A DNA stretch of 64,000 nt, from assembly GCF_009914755.1 (NCBI RefSeq), contig NC_060948.1; one strand, given 5' to 3'. A program made the position numbers and the translations under genes. The notes beneath the pieces are model-generated. The model did not search any database. It was not told the DNA's origin and saw only the letters and a list, made by a program, of their open reading frames with translations. This document shows positions 35,716-50,528 of this stretch, piece after piece (positions within the stretch are counted from its first letter, which is position 1; the number at the start of each line of letters is the position of its first letter). This DNA is from the human T2T-CHM13v2.0 reference genome, Homo sapiens.

Positions 35716-36519
35716 ACTTGGGGAACACACACATGTCAGAATTCAGGGTGCATGCTTAATATTTAAACATTGGTCTAATTTGATTCTTTCCTGTTTGTCT
35801 ACCCAGGGCCTTTGTCTCACTGGGCAGATTTCTTCTCTCCAGATGCATTTTGCTTTCCTGGTATTTGCTTTCCCAGTATTTACATTTCATCAAAGTTAGC
35901 AGATCATTACACAGTTTCTATCTGCTGTCTGAGCTAGTTGTCTCCTGGCAGCATAAATCCTTGAGAGGGTAATCAGCTCAGTTTTCTTTCTATTGATCCT
36001 GCACACCCTTGAGTTTTTACCATGAGTCTACTTTTATGCTAGATACTGCCTTGAATTTGGCATTTTTTTATATGAAGAGGAAGAGCACATCCTAAAGCAC
36101 ATACACGTAGTAAATAATTAGACCACAGAATTGTCATCATGGTAAAACCAATTTAAATTTTTTAAAAGAATAGAGTACATCATATCAGTGAGCTATCTGT
36201 CAAAGGGTTTATTTATTCAACTCTACCCTCAGTGACTTTGAAACACATAGAGAACATAGAGACATGAAATCATAAGTGTCTCTACTGTAGAAAGATTTCT
36301 AGCAGATGTTAACTAGGACTGTTAACTGCTTACTAATGGGAACTTATAGGTGATGTCCTTGTCCTAATTTTGAATAAGTAGCAACACTGATTCTTCCACG
36401 AAGCTGTGATCAAATCCACCTACCCCTAACTTCTCTGTACTACTGTTCCCCGGAACACTACATTCTTCAACTATGAAGTACGTGTGTGTGTTGTGTGTGT
36501 GTGCCTTTCTTTGTGTGTG

Positions 36520-36945
36520 TGTGTGTTGAGTTCAGTTGTGTCATGCAAATGGATATGTTGAAGTCTTAACCCCTGGTGCCTCTGAATGTGATATTTTTTT
36601 AAAAGAGTGTGTTTACAGTTTGTTCAAGTTAAGATGAGGTCACTAGGGCTAGACTCTCATTCAACATGACTTTTAAGCAGAGGAAAGTTTAAACATAAAG
36701 AAAGAAATCAGCCTTGTGGAGATAGAGGCAGAGACTGGTACAATGTGACCACAAGCCCAGGGATGCCTGAAGCCACTGGCAGCTGGGAGGGACTGGAATG
36801 ATCTTCTCCTAGAGTCTCCAGATGGAGCACAGCCCTGAGACATCTTGATCTTAGACTCCTGGTCTCCAAAACTGGGAAAGAATTAATTACTGTTGTTTTT
36901 AGTCACCGTATATGTGTGTTATGGCAGCCTCTGAAAATTCACACA
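36520..36945 (+). mobile_element. MLT1B-like LTR
   Basis: gatatgttgaagtcttaacc..agttaagatgaggtca..gttatggcagcc. Confidence 0.75.
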
Positions 36946-37732
36946 CTGTATGTGTGTGGTCTTTTGGTGTTTCATAGATCTTGAATGCTCCCTCCAAATT
37001 TTGAATTTTTCTCATTTGTTTTATTTTACTTTGAAGATTCCTTTGTTTATATTTCATGTAAACACTTGGAGTCCAAGAACAAATTGTGTTTTAATTACTT
37101 TTTTGTGCTCTTAAAGCCTTTGACATAATCCATTGCACATAAGAAAGGAAATCAGATTAATATTTGTGAGAGATTATTTATGGTGATGATTATTATTTGG
37201 TTAATAGCTCCTACTTCTAGGAGTCCATATTTCTACAAAGAGTATATTCAAGTAACTAAGATGGAAAATAGAAAATGAGCTAAATCCAAAGCTTTCATGT
37301 TCAAAGTAAGTATATCACACTAAGATGATTATTAAACCATACCCCATATTTGTAACTACCACTGCAAGTAATTTTAAAGTTTTAATTTGGTATATCTGTA
37401 AAGTCATTTCTAAATTTTGTGATAGACCTAAAATTTATTATATTTAAATATGTGTTAGAATTATTTATATACTTAATATACAACTAGGAGTCAGCAAAGA
37501 GATTAAGAGTTGGTTCTAAGCTTTAAACTCCAAGCCTTGAAGAAAAATATAATACATGTTTTCCACAATATGCTAAAATTATAATTTTAACAGATTATAA
37601 TGGTTATATAATGAATTTTTCAATGTTTTCATCAGTGGAAGGAAAGGTCATATGATTAGCTTCTCAGAAAAATAGAAAAAAGTAATTTGTAATTAGTATA
37701 TATAATACACTTATATGTATTATATTCTTGTC

Positions 37733-37876
37733 TTTTTTTTTTATTTTCCTTTTTCTGGAGAATGGGGTCTTGCTATATTGCCCAGGCAGGTCTCAAACTC
37801 CCAGGCTGAAGCTATCCTCCCACCTCTTGCCTCCCTGAGAGCTGGGATTACAGGCTTGAACCACTGCACCCGGCCA
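37733..37876 (-). mobile_element. FLAM monomer with TSD
   Basis: Single left-arm monomer flanked by tatatgtattatattctt on both sides. Confidence 0.85.
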
Positions 37877-38824
37877 TATATGTATTATATTCTTATACAA
37901 ATAGTTTTTTTTTTAATTATTATACTTTAAAAGTAATTAACACTTTTATCTTTATAGTGTATTTTTTTAATGTTATATTAATAGTTGTAAAGCCATGTGC
38001 AATTACAAGAAATTATTTTGTTTATCTTAGCCTCATGGAATTAATTCCCTATACTTGAAAAGTAATTAAATACTTTTATTTTAGTTATCTTTTCCATATA
38101 TGTTTATGTTTATTTTATTTTATTTTGAGATAGTTTTAGAGGCACATGCAATTACAAGAGATTAAAAAAATATATTTCTCTCTAATTAGAGAACCCCTGT
38201 ATTTCTCTCTAGTTAGAGAACCCCTGTGTTCCCTTGACACAATTCCTAATATCTCTGGCGCCTTGATGTTGGCATCTATTGTTTGTTCTGCTATTGTTGT
38301 TTATTTTGATATTTTCCTGGTTCTTGGCATAACAAGCAATTTTCAATCAAAATCTGGATGTTATGGGTACAATGCTATAAGACTCAGGGTCTGTCTTAAC
38401 TCTTCGGCTTCAGCTGACTTCTTGTGACAGCACTACAACAGAGGGCCTGGAGACATCGTCCAGTTACCTGCAAGTGGGTGCAGATGTGTACATTCCTTCC
38501 TCAGCCTCTACTGAATGAGGGAGATGGAGCCATTTGTTACTGGTGCTTGGGGATGATGGGTGCCACTCCCCACTAGACTTCCACTCACACCAATGATGGG
38601 AGTGACATGGTTCCTCCTGCCTAGTGTTGAAGGTCCTGCCTCACCCTTGAAACTCCCTTGACACCACACCAGTGGAGAGAGAGAGGAGTATTATCTTAAT
38701 TGCTGGGGTGGATGAGAGTACTGTCTCTTCATGTGGTCCCCAGTGTCATCATGGTTTTGGGGCTACAGCTTAGAAAGCATGGAAGTCTTGGCTCTCCAGT
38801 TGTCTGACATTACACTTTTATCTG

Positions 38825-39170
38825 TAGTGTTAGATTACCCTTTTGTCCAGCAGTTAAAGGCAGTAGCACATGTGAATCATGTTTTGCTCAAATAAAGCCT
38901 GGTTAAGACTCAAAGCCAAGGATTTTTACAGGGACCTGTTCACTCAGGGTCCACTCAGGTTCTCTCTGTCTGGGTCATCAGCTACAATCACCCAAAGTCT
39001 GCGTATTCTGAAAGAAAGCATGTTTTTGTAGAAACAGCCGAGGCAGGCTGATACAACTTTATCGCTTAGTAATTTAGGAACAATTCTGAACACTGAAATT
39101 CCAGATGCCACCCTAGAGTCAGTCCCAGAAGCAAGTCATTTTAAATACAATAACTTCAACCTTATTTCTT
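38825..39170. mobile_element. Old ERVL-type LTR fragment (MER68/MER77-like)
   Basis: gactcaaagccaaggatttttac..aaattccagatgcca; weak family resemblance only. Confidence 0.4.
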
Positions 39171-40779
39171 TAATGCCTTCTTCAACAAACCTGTATTTGA
39201 GGCACTAATCTACTTTGTCTCCATATCTTGTATTTATCATTCTTAGTCAGCCATGTGAGAGAGTGAATAAAATCATAGACCATTGAAATATCAATGGGCA
39301 TGAGAAAGTCTTGAGTCCCTTTCAGCTGCCAGGCTCAGAAACTCCAATTCAAATTACCATCAATAATTTAATATCTGAATGCTCCCATCCATGGAAGCAG
39401 CTCAGGCTCAGCGATGTCTGTAAATGTTGGCCTTTCTTTCTAACCCTCCTCTCTGACCTCTTGGATTTTGGTTTCCAGATGTGTCTTACCAAGATAATAG
39501 CCACAAATGGGGTAGCACAAACTTGTCTGTCATACTCCATACAGAGATAATAAAGGTGTCTCTTATTTAGAAGTGTGGAAATACTTCATGGAACCACTCC
39601 AGCAGCCTTTTTGTCTTGTATTTTTGGACAGAATTTAGTCCCAAACCCATTTTAAAATCAAAAGTGATAGCATTACTATGATTGGCTTGAACAAATCTGA
39701 ATATCTCTTCCCCTCCATCCTTCCTCAGGATAGGAATGGATTCCATTAATATGAAGCACTTGTGCTTGCTTAATTGTTGTATAAAATTGGGATTTTGTTA
39801 GGAAGGAGAAAGGGAGGAGAATGCTATGTAAGACACCAAAATGTCAATAACAGTAAGTCTGTAGGGGAACTCATCTTTGCATTACTCTTGAGATGAGCCC
39901 TGGAGGAGATTTACTGATCATGTGCTCAATAATTTGGTTAAATCAGAAACAGATTCAAGGTTAACTGCATTTTTAACACAGCTCTCTACTAGTTCTTTAA
40001 GGAATTCCTCACACCTCTTGGATATAACAAGAGATTCAAAGAATTGGAGAATTCGTTTTAAGGCACCAGAATCATACACCTATGTCTTTTAGATGTAACT
40101 AATTTCTCTTTTGAGGTGTAGGCTTACATAATGAAGCCACTTCAGTGAGCCCTCAAAACTCTTCTTTAATCGATATGCTCTATGCCCTAGGAGAAAAAAA
40201 AGCCTTTCAGAGCTTTTTCTTATTTTTGAGTCTCATATTATATTGATTTATATAGGCTTTCAAATTCCATTATTCTCTCCTCCAATTGTAAAGAGTTTGT
40301 GGTAAGGCCAGTGTTTCTTTGTAAGAATGTTTTGGAGGCAAATATATCATTTCAGCTTATTTACTTCATTCCACTGGCTTTAAGAAAATATCATTTCTTT
40401 CTTACCTTCTTAATGTCAACAAAAGAAAGTCAAGCTCTTTCACTGACATGAGTTTTGGGAGCCCAAAAAGGGCATATTAAAATTTTATGTAAGACTTAAT
40501 ATTTTTTAATCTGAAATATTTACATTTATGTATTTGTCATTTTTATGTCACATTACATATTTCAAAAGTAACTGATTTCTTGCTTAAACATTTTTAAAGA
40601 AAAACAGGAGATTATATAAACCATAAATCACTTATAATCACATCAACATAGAATGAAAGGTGTGAACCATTTGGCATGTTTATTTTCATTATTTCATTTT
40701 CTCTCTTCTCCACTTTAACCAGTATACAGAAAGAACTCTAAGTATTAATTTACAATACAACACATGAATTATAGTGCAA

Positions 40780-40826
40780 TAGATATATAGGTAGGTAAGT
40801 AGGTAGGTAGATACATAGATAGATAA

Positions 40827-40876
<50 letters not shown>
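40780..40876. repeat. (GATA)n/(GGTA)n microsatellite
   Basis: Uninterrupted TAGA run at ~40827-40876. Confidence 0.95.
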
Positions 40877-40877
<1 letters not shown>

Positions 40878-40878
<1 letters not shown>

Positions 40879-41325
40879 AGTTGACCCTTGAACAACGTGA
40901 GTTTGAATGGCATGGGCTCACTTATATATAGATTTCCTTCTGCCTTTGGATCCCTTAGACAGCCAGACCAAAGCCTCCTCTTCCTCTTCCTCCTCCTCCT
41001 CAGCATCCTGAACATGAAAATGACTGGAGTGAAGAATTTTATGAGGATCCACTTCCACTCAATGAATAGTAAATGTATTTTCTCTGCCTTATGATTTTCT
41101 TTAACATTCTATTTTTGCTAGGTTACTTTATTGTAATAATACAGTATACATAGTATATAATGCATATCACATACCAAATATGAGTTAATCTGCTGTTTAT
41201 GTTATCAGTAAGGCTTGGGTCAACAGTAGGCTATTAATAGTTAACCTTTGGGGAGATAAGTGTTATACATGGATTTTTGACTGCACAAGATGTCAGTGTC
41301 TGTAACAACTGTGTTGGCCAACTGT
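40878..41325 (+). mobile_element. Tigger2a/MER28-type DNA transposon
   Basis: agttgacccttgaacaac ... ggtcaacagtaggctatt ... caactg. Confidence 0.85.
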
Positions 41326-41724
41326 CATTTATTTATATATAGCTATATAAATATATAAAAATATGTATATATAACTATATATATATATACACAATACATA
41401 TAATGGATCTCCAGAAATAATACATATTAGTGGGTGACAATGTTAGAGCATAATTGAGAGGGCGATGATTCTCCACATAGACTTTTATTTCCAGATTCCA
41501 GGTAAATATGACTTTTGAAGAGACATCACACAACCCATAACACCCCTGAACCATTTGTTGTGTAGAGAAGATAAAAACAATGTAATCCCATTAATTCCTC
41601 AATTCACTTACTCTTGAGTTTTTGTTTTGTGTAGACCAAATTAGTCAAGATACACAGCATATTGTGTTTTTTAAAAAATACATTCAATCTTTGTGCCCAA
41701 ATTTTCTAGTCTGACTTTCAATGT

Positions 41725-42310
41725 ATCTATAAATCCATTCATCTATTCCATCTCCCCATCTATCTAATCTATCATCTATCTATTGATCGATCTATGCATC
41801 TATTTATCTATATGTCTGTCTGTTAATCTACCTATTTTCTAGCTATCTACCTATCACCTATCTGCCATTTATCTACCTACCTACCTATCCATCATCTAGC
41901 TATCTCTCTATCATCTATCTGTCATCTATCCATATACCTATCATCCATCTATTATCTATTTATCTATCATCTATCAATCTATCTATATTTATCTATGTAT
42001 CTATTATCTATTAATCTTCCATTTATCTATTATCTATTGTCTCCGTATTATCTATCTATCTTTCTATCTTCCATTTTTCTATGATCTATTATCATCCTAC
42101 TATCTATCTATCTATCAATCATCTATCCTCTATCAATCCATCTATATCCATCATCTATCCATCCATCTAAATATCATGTATCTATCTATATAGCTAGCTA
42201 GCTATCTTCTATCAATCAATGTCTGTCTATCATCTATCCATCTATCTGTCATTTATCTCATTTATCTATCTACCTATCTACCTATTATTGATCTATCTAT
42301 ATAACTATCT
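41725..42310. repeat. Degenerate (TATC)n array
   Basis: ~600 bp of tatc/catc/tacc units. Confidence 0.9.
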
Positions 42311-42509
42311 GGCAGCATCCTAGGAGCTTTTTTGAGTGTATCTATGGGGAAACCATAAAAATAAGAGTGATGTTTTTCTTTCTGCCATAAGAAGTCATCA
42401 TGTAAAAGTATAACAGGGTCATCGAGTAGACTTGTACAATTCCATTTGGTCTTTTTAAATTTTTCCTCTAGAGAGCAATCAATGATCTCTTTACAACAGA
42501 AATTTGGCC

Positions 42510-43015
42510 TTGTCATTCCCTGTGTCTCATTGTACTTGAAGTTCTAAAGAAGGTGACCATGACTGACAATGTCCCCATCTTACCTGGATCCCACAGGCAG
42601 CTCCCTCCTCCATTCCTTGCTCCCCTAGAGTTTCTTGGATTCAGATACACCAGTCTTTAAATTTCTGGGCAAAGACAAGTTTGTTCCATCCTTAAAATGT
42701 TCTTCTGGAGCCCTTCACTTCTTTCTTGGGGTTCCCTTGCTGCTGTCTCCCTCTGATGTCTCAGATTCATATAAATTCTGCAGAGATGTTTCCATTATTC
42801 CTATATTCTCTCACCCTGTATTTTACCTTCAGAACACTTAGCACAAGGTATAGGTACATAGTGTATATAATAACTTTTTTATCTTTCTCTACTCTTCTAC
42901 TGATCCATAGTCTCTATGACAGCAGGGACTCTATTTCTTCATTGGTATTATTCAATAATTTGTACTCAATTATAGCTCCTAATAGAGTTAACCATGTGTA
43001 CTTATTGAAGAACTG
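42510..43015 (+). mobile_element. L2 LINE 3' fragment
   Basis: ctctatgacagcagggac.. and a pyrimidine-rich L2-like body. Confidence 0.5.
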
Positions 43016-43404
43016 CATATGCAATCTCAACAATCTTCATAAACTTTATGCAAAGCATATGAAGATCCAAAGAATATTCATTCATAGTCTTTGACTCATT
43101 TCCAATTTTAACAAGATTATGTGAAGAGGTAACAAACACACATGTAAATAGGATAATGTTTTGCACGTTAAAGAAAAATAAAGGTGGTTTTTAAAGGATA
43201 TTGTATGTAAACACTCATTTAACCATTATTTTTATTAGTGAAATAAAAACAAATATAATCACACATACTATATGTCTTTTATCTCATAATTTCAGTAATA
43301 AGCAATTTATTGTATCTTGGGAAACTCTTGTTTTACAAATTACTAACCATCTCCTCCTGAAAGCCCTAGTGCTAAGTTAAGTAAAATAATTATTTTTAAA
43401 AATG

Positions 43405-43702
43405 GGGCCAGGTGTCGTGGTTCATAGCTGTAATAACAGAGTTTTGGGGGGCTGAGGTGGGAGAACCACTTGATATCAGAAGTTCAAGACCAGCCTGGGA
43501 AACATAAAGAGACATTATCTCTCTCTATATATAAAAAAAAAAAGCCAGACATGATAGCAGGCACCTCTAGTCTCATCTACTAAGGAGGTTGAGATGGGAG
43601 GATCACTTGATCCCAGAAGTTTGAGGCTACAGTGAGCTCCACTGCACTCTAGCCTGGGTGACAGAGTGAGATTGTGTTTTAAAGACACACAAACAAACAA
43701 AA
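43405..43702 (+). mobile_element. AluJ element
   Basis: gggaggatcacttga..tttgaggctacagtgagc. Confidence 0.85.
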
Positions 43703-44041
43703 ATTTTGAATTATCTATCCTTTCTTAAATTAAAAAATAAGTAACGACCTTGATGCTTTTGAAGACATGATTTCCAGAATTTACTTTTTTAAGTGATTGC
43801 TAAATTACCACCCCCTCAAGTAAAAGGCTTTATATTAGTAACTGACCACTACTGTAACTTAAGAAAGAAAAGGACACGTACAAGACACAGGAACTCACTC
43901 TAGCCATCTCTGTTACACAGACTGATATCAGGGTCAGACCCAGCAAAGCACAGCTACCTTCTGGGAAGCTTAGGTGACCAATGCAGGGCATGAATCCTGT
44001 TTCTCCAATACCAAGCTTCTCCTTTTTATCCAATACTGAGT

Positions 44042-44072
<31 letters not shown>

Positions 44073-44129
44073 CTTAAAAGCTCACTGCAGAGCATTCAAA
44101 CCCCAGTTGGGGTTCTTCCATTTAGCAAG

Positions 44130-44295
44130 ATGTTAGAAAATTTAGTGAGTCTCTCTCACCCTCAGTTGCCTTATCAGTGAACTACAAGTAACAGATGCCT
44201 CACACAGACCTGTCAGTGATGGTTGTGGTGATGTGGAGGAAATCAATGTTAAGCCCAACATCTGGGCTACATCGGAGAATCCAGCAGTGCTAGTT
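44130..44295 (+). mobile_element. MIR fragment
   Basis: ctctctcaccctcagttgccttatcagtgaa core. Confidence 0.5.
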
Positions 44296-44699
44296 TGACA
44301 ATGTTATTCTTTTTCTCATCTTTGACTACTTTTTCTTTCTTATTTTGCTTCTCATTCTTTTTCTTCTCTTATTTCTCTTTCATCTCAATGCTATTTTACT
44401 CATTTTGCTTCTCCTTACCATAGAAGATTTGTAGGCAACTGGGGAAATGACAACAAGCACTCAGTGCACTGCAGGACATTTTGTCTCAGTTTCATTAAGT
44501 CTTCTTATTTGAACACTGGACTGAGTGTCCCGAGGAGCTAAAAATTCTATTGTATGCTTTCAGTTCACTTGCCTAACACAGCCTCCACAGAAATTATGAA
44601 CAGTTAAATAATTGGAGGTTTGAACAGGACAATAGATGAATGGAAGTGTGCCTACTTGTCTTTTTTTCAAATAAGAAACCAAGGCTGAATAGGATACAT

Positions 44700-45285
44700 G
44701 ACATAGAAAGACAGATAGGTAGATAGATAGATACTAGATAGAGAGATAGACAGAGAGATAGATGTGATAGAGGGGTTAATGATATGATAAAGAGATAGAC
44801 ATGATAAATCAATAGACCGATGATATATATATGATAGTTACATATGTAGATCATATGATACATAATAGACAATAGATGTGATTGACAGATGTGACAGATA
44901 TATGATAGATATAAATAAATACACAGATACAATAGATAATAGATGATTGATAGACATATCATGACAGATGATGGATAAATGTAGAAATAGATGATAGATT
45001 AAAGATAGACATGGTAGATATTGAGAAAGATAGGTAGCAGATAATACATGTATAATAGATATTGAGGTAGATAACAGGTGATGGATGGATAGATAGGTAA
45101 ACAAATGATAGATACATGGGTAGTTAAACAGATGATTATTAAGATAGGTAGTAAGTAGAGAATAGAAGTATATAATTGATAGATGGAGAGATATATACAT
45201 AGATATATAGATAGATATGGATAGACAGGAAGGAAAGATATATAAATATATATAGACAGACAGAAATAGATGTGATAGATAAATG
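44700..45285. repeat. Degenerate (GATA)n array
   Basis: ~580 bp of gata/gaca/ggta units. Confidence 0.9.
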
Positions 45286-45939
45286 GTTCAGGATGATCAC
45301 TGAGGCCAGGAGTTTGACACCAACCTGTGCAACATAATGAAACTTAATCTCTTAAAAAAAGAAAATTTGCCCATTAAGATGGCAATGAGTCCCATCATTT
45401 CTACTATTTATGGTGTTTGTTGCTTATATAAGAATTGTCTAACATTTTCCATCCATTTTAGCACTGCGCATCCAAGAACATAGGGCCTGACATTTTGTAA
45501 ATGCCTTGCAAATCCTTGTTGGATAAATAATTTTCCACTCATATATATGTATTTGGAGTTATCCAGGCAAGAACTACAAAATATTGGAGAGACGACTGCA
45601 TTCTCATTTATATTACAACACTATTCATAACAGTCAAGATATAAAACAACCTGTGTGTTCATCAATGGATGCATGGATAAAGAAAATACACCTATCCACA
45701 ATGGAATATTACTCAGAAGTGAAAAATCATGGGATCCTATCACGTGATATTTTGTAGTTGCATGGGACAACTACCTATGATGTACCCAGTTAGAAATAAT
45801 CACACACCCTTGTTGGTGGCTTCTTTAGAAACTTATCTGCAGTACTAGCACTGGTCTTCAATCTCTCTTACAATATTGGTGCATGCTTATGGTTCTATTC
45901 CACTAATTAAAGCATTCTCAGTGACACAATTAAAAGTTT

Positions 45940-46250
<311 letters not shown>

Positions 46251-46924
46251 ACAATTAAGATTTTACTTATCCTATTAATACTTCTCAAGTGCTTAGCATG
46301 GTGCTACGTATCTGGACCTATACTTGTGAGCTAGATGGCATTCCAAGAGCTCTAATCCACCTTCAAAGATTATGAGCAAAAGTTTATGAGCATTGTATTT
46401 TTCCAGGAAGAACTTGTGGTTTTTATGAGATTGATAATGTTGCTTGAGATTAAAAAGAGAGAGAGAGAGATGGAATGTTTCACATAGTAGACATTCAGTA
46501 AACATTTGCTGAATGTAAATAAATTATTGAGGCAGAAGTGAGGCATACATGTATTTATTAACAGCACTGGGGGCTCTTCATAGACTTTGAGCATTTTTTA
46601 CTTCAGCCCCTATTGAGACTGTTTATCCATATAGACTTTTACTCATTTTATGCAGCTGTGCCTTACAGTATCTGACCTTCTTACTTTCTTCTAGAGAAAG
46701 TTTCCTCTGAAAGGCAACTCCTGATGAATGGGAGGCAGATTCCAGTGGATAAATCAATACCAGACCCTCAATGTGTCCTGGGAGTAGACGGTTCTGATAT
46801 ACATTTCACAAGATGAGTCAAAACACCTCATAGACGCAAACACTATTTGACCATTGAGTGGTGAACACTATCCTTAAGCCATCTTTTTTTGGGGTGGGGG
46901 GTGTTTCTTGCTTTTTTCTTTGAA

Positions 46925-48075
46925 ATAAATATTTGTTGGGCAGTAAATTATTGTGTTTTCAATTGATAAAGAATAGTTGTACATGTTTATGGGACACATG
47001 TGAGGTTTTGATACATGCTGATATGGTTTGGCTCTGTGTCCCCAACCCAAATCTCATCTTGAATTGTAATCTGCAGGTCCTGGGGGAGGGACCTGGTGGG
47101 AGGTGATTGAACTTGGGGGCATGGATTTCCCCCTTTCTGTTCTCATGATAGTGAGTGAGTGCTCAAGAGATCTGGTTGATAAATATCTGTCGTTTCCTCC
47201 TTCTCTCTTTCTCTCTTCTGCCACCTTGCGAGAAAGGTGCTTGCTTCCACTTTGCCTTCCATATGATTGTAAGTTTCATGAAGCCTCCTCAGCCATGTAG
47301 ATCTGTGAGTCAATTAAACTTCTTCCCTTTATAAATATCCCAGTCTCAGGTTGTATCTTTATAGCAGTGTTTAAGTGAACTAATACACATGAATAAAATG
47401 TGTCATGATTAAATCAGGGTAATTCACATATCTGTCACCTCAGTTCTTGTCTTGCAATTCTCCCAATTCTTGTCTTCTAGTTATTTTGAATTACACAATA
47501 CATTATTAACTATAGTCATCCTACGTGCTATTGAACACTAGAACTTACTCCTCCTATCTAAGTGCATCTTTGTACCCATTGGCCAATCTCTCTTCATCTC
47601 CCTACACAAAAACTCTTCTCATCCTCTCATACCTATTATTCTACTCTCTTCCTCCATGAGATCTGCCTGTTTAATGCCTACAGATGAATGAGGTCCTGCG
47701 CATTTGTCACTCTGTGTCTGGCTTATTTCACAAATGGCCTCCAATTCCATCTATGTTGCTAGACATGATAAGAGCTCATTCTTTTACATGGCTGAATAAT
47801 ATCCCATGGTGAATATGCACATTTTCTTTATCTATTCATCCATTGACAGGCATTTAAGTTGGTCTATATCTCAACTATTATGAATAGTGTTGTAATATAC
47901 ATGAGAGTGCAGTCATCTCTCCAATATTGATTTCATTTCTTTTGTAGGTACACCCAGCAGTGGAAATGCTGTATTGTATGGTAGCTCTTTTTGTAGCTTT
48001 TGGAGGAAACTTACACTAATAGTGTACTAATTTACATTCCCACCAACTGTGTAGGAAGGTTCCCTTTTCTTTTTA
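46925..48075 (-). mobile_element. L1MA 3' region interrupted by an MSTA LTR (47019-47386, + strand)
   Basis: gtacatgtttatgggacacatg..aaatcagggtaatt..acattcccaccaac; LTR tgatatggtttggctc..ctaataca. Confidence 0.8.
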
Positions 48076-49974
48076 CCCTTGAATATGGCATCTTAGAATA
48101 GACTTTCATTTCAGTACTTATTCATTCGTTGTTTCTTGAAATCATGTTATTAACCTACTTATGTTAAAGCCAGAATCCATGGGATGCACCGTTGTAAAAA
48201 TTTCAGAGAATGTCCTCACAGCCTATAAGTTATGGATAATACACTTATCTGATCTGTTGCTTACTAACATGCCATTACAAATCCATGCATGTTGTAACCA
48301 GATGGGTATGTTTCTCTGTCTAACACAGTTTCTTAGGATGGACTGGTGTATGTTAAAAAGTCAGTGTAGGCAAAGAAAACTCAGAAATCCAATAGATTTG
48401 TTTAAAGAGGCTCTGGAATCCTCAAATTTATTTCCCTGCCATAATCATTCCAATCTGCCATTTATGAAACAAATTAACTTCCTTATTTAAATGAAAGAGA
48501 TAGTATTGTGTTATAAGTTACCAGTGTTCTTCTCTGTCCCCCACCTGACATAATTTCTTCTCCAAACAGATATTTTAAACAAAACATCTATAAAAACATT
48601 TCAATTTTAAATCTTTTTAAAAAAAATTTTAGTTACAAGATAAAAAAGTTGTCCACAAAATACTCTTGGATATTAATCCCAACATTCAAAATAATGCATA
48701 GTAGAGGTGCCTGGAAAAATTATGTTGTACTTGATCCATCAGTTAAAACTCAGATTAATTCAGTCTACAAAAAGGGCTCAGCTCCTTGCTTTTGGATAAG
48801 TAATAAATCTCTTATATCCTCTCATCCTGATAAACAGGGAAGGTCTGCAGTTTAAATATTTGGTAATCGGAGGAACTAAATATATTATGACTCACAGAAC
48901 AAGGCTTTGCTCTGTAAGTCGTAAGCACTTCAAAGAAGAGGAAAGGAAAGGCAGCCACAAGTATTCCTTCCTATTACTGTGTATTTCAGTGAAAAACTAT
49001 TTCTATGTTTACTCTAGAAAATTGAAGACTGGATACAACTGTGTTTCTGAAAATTCAATAGAAACAGTTGTCATTTAGAAATAATGATACAAGGACATTC
49101 ATATATCATTGTTCCGATAAGTGTCCATTCAAAACATTAATCCCGGATTTGAGTTGTTGTTCTCTTCATTACTGATGCTTTGGATGAAAAGTTTTAATAT
49201 ATGTAAACACAAATACGAGGCTATTATTTTTAAAATATTACCTGAATTTACATATCTAAATAAAAGTGCATATTGTTCCCCTCTGCTATTCCCTTGGATG
49301 GATAATTATCTGCTGTCTTTGAACTGAAATGGGTCTTTGTGGCTTTAGACTGCATATCCCAATTGACATCCACTTTCCCTGGCACCATATTTACCCTAAT
49401 CGAGATCAGTGGATGAGTCTGGAAACTACAGCATAGGATGTGGTACTTTCTTCCTCTCTGCAAAATATATTTATAAAATGTAATGCAAAACAAAATAAAT
49501 AAAATAAACTTCAATGCAATGTAACATTGACTCAGAGCTTTAAATTAGCTGCTACATTTGATAGGACTTTTAAAAAGCTACTCATTTTAGGAATCACATA
49601 TTTATTAAAATCTCTGAACAACAGTTAGAAAAGGCAGCATTTGTGTTAAATGTCTTCATGTTAGAAAATATTAGATTTTTTGAGAGCTTCACATATTGCT
49701 GGAAACATGAGTGATGAGTAATATTTCAGGGAGTCTACACATCTGTAGATATTTCAGGTACATAATTTCCCACAAAAATTTTATTTTATTAAAAATATAA
49801 AGCCTTGGCATTTCAAATTTTATGTCTTTTTTTTTGCTTTATGTTATGAATGGATAGTGATATCGAATTTTAGATTTAACATATGCATTATATAGGATGA
49901 TGTACCTTTCACCATAACAGATCAATAATAATCTGTTTATTTTTACTTTGGTTTTCCTTCCTATCTTTGAAAAT

Positions 49975-50528
49975 CATTTTTAATATTTATTTTTTGTAGG
50001 TACATAGTAAGTTTATCTATTTATGGGGTACATGAGATGTTTTGATGCAGGCACGAAATGTGAAATAAGCCATCACGGAGAATGGGGCATCCATCCCCTC
50101 AAGCATTTATCCTTTGAGTTACAATCCAATTACACACTTTAAGATATTTTAAAATGTACAATTAAGTTATTATTGACTATAGTCATGCTGGCATGATATC
50201 AAATAGTAGGTCTTATTTATTCTTTCCATTTTTTTGTACCCATTAACTGTTCCCACCTCTCTACTGCCAGCCACCAAATACCATTCCCAGACTCTGGTAA
50301 CCATCCTTCTACTCTCTATGTCTATGAGTTCAATTGCTTTTGTTTTTAGCTCCCATGAATAAGTGAGAACATGCAATGCTTGTCTTTCTGTGCCTGGCTT
50401 ATTTCACCTAGGAAATCAGCTTATCAAAGAGATATCTGCACTCCTATGTTTGCACTGTTTATAATATTATAGTTAAGATCTGGAAATAGCCTACATATCC
50501 ATCAACAGATGAATGGATAAAGAAAATG
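49975..50528 (-). mobile_element. L1MA 3' end with an inverted 5' segment (50410-50528, + strand)
   Basis: Minus-strand 3'UTR to gcttatttcacc, then plus-strand aaagagatatctgcactcctatg..gaatggataaagaaaatg. Confidence 0.75.

Noticed and set aside
49390-49470. Possible - strand exon (ttttgcag|AGAGGAAG...ATTAGG|gtaaat)
   Set aside because: Splice-like motifs alone are common; there is no homology or transcript evidence.
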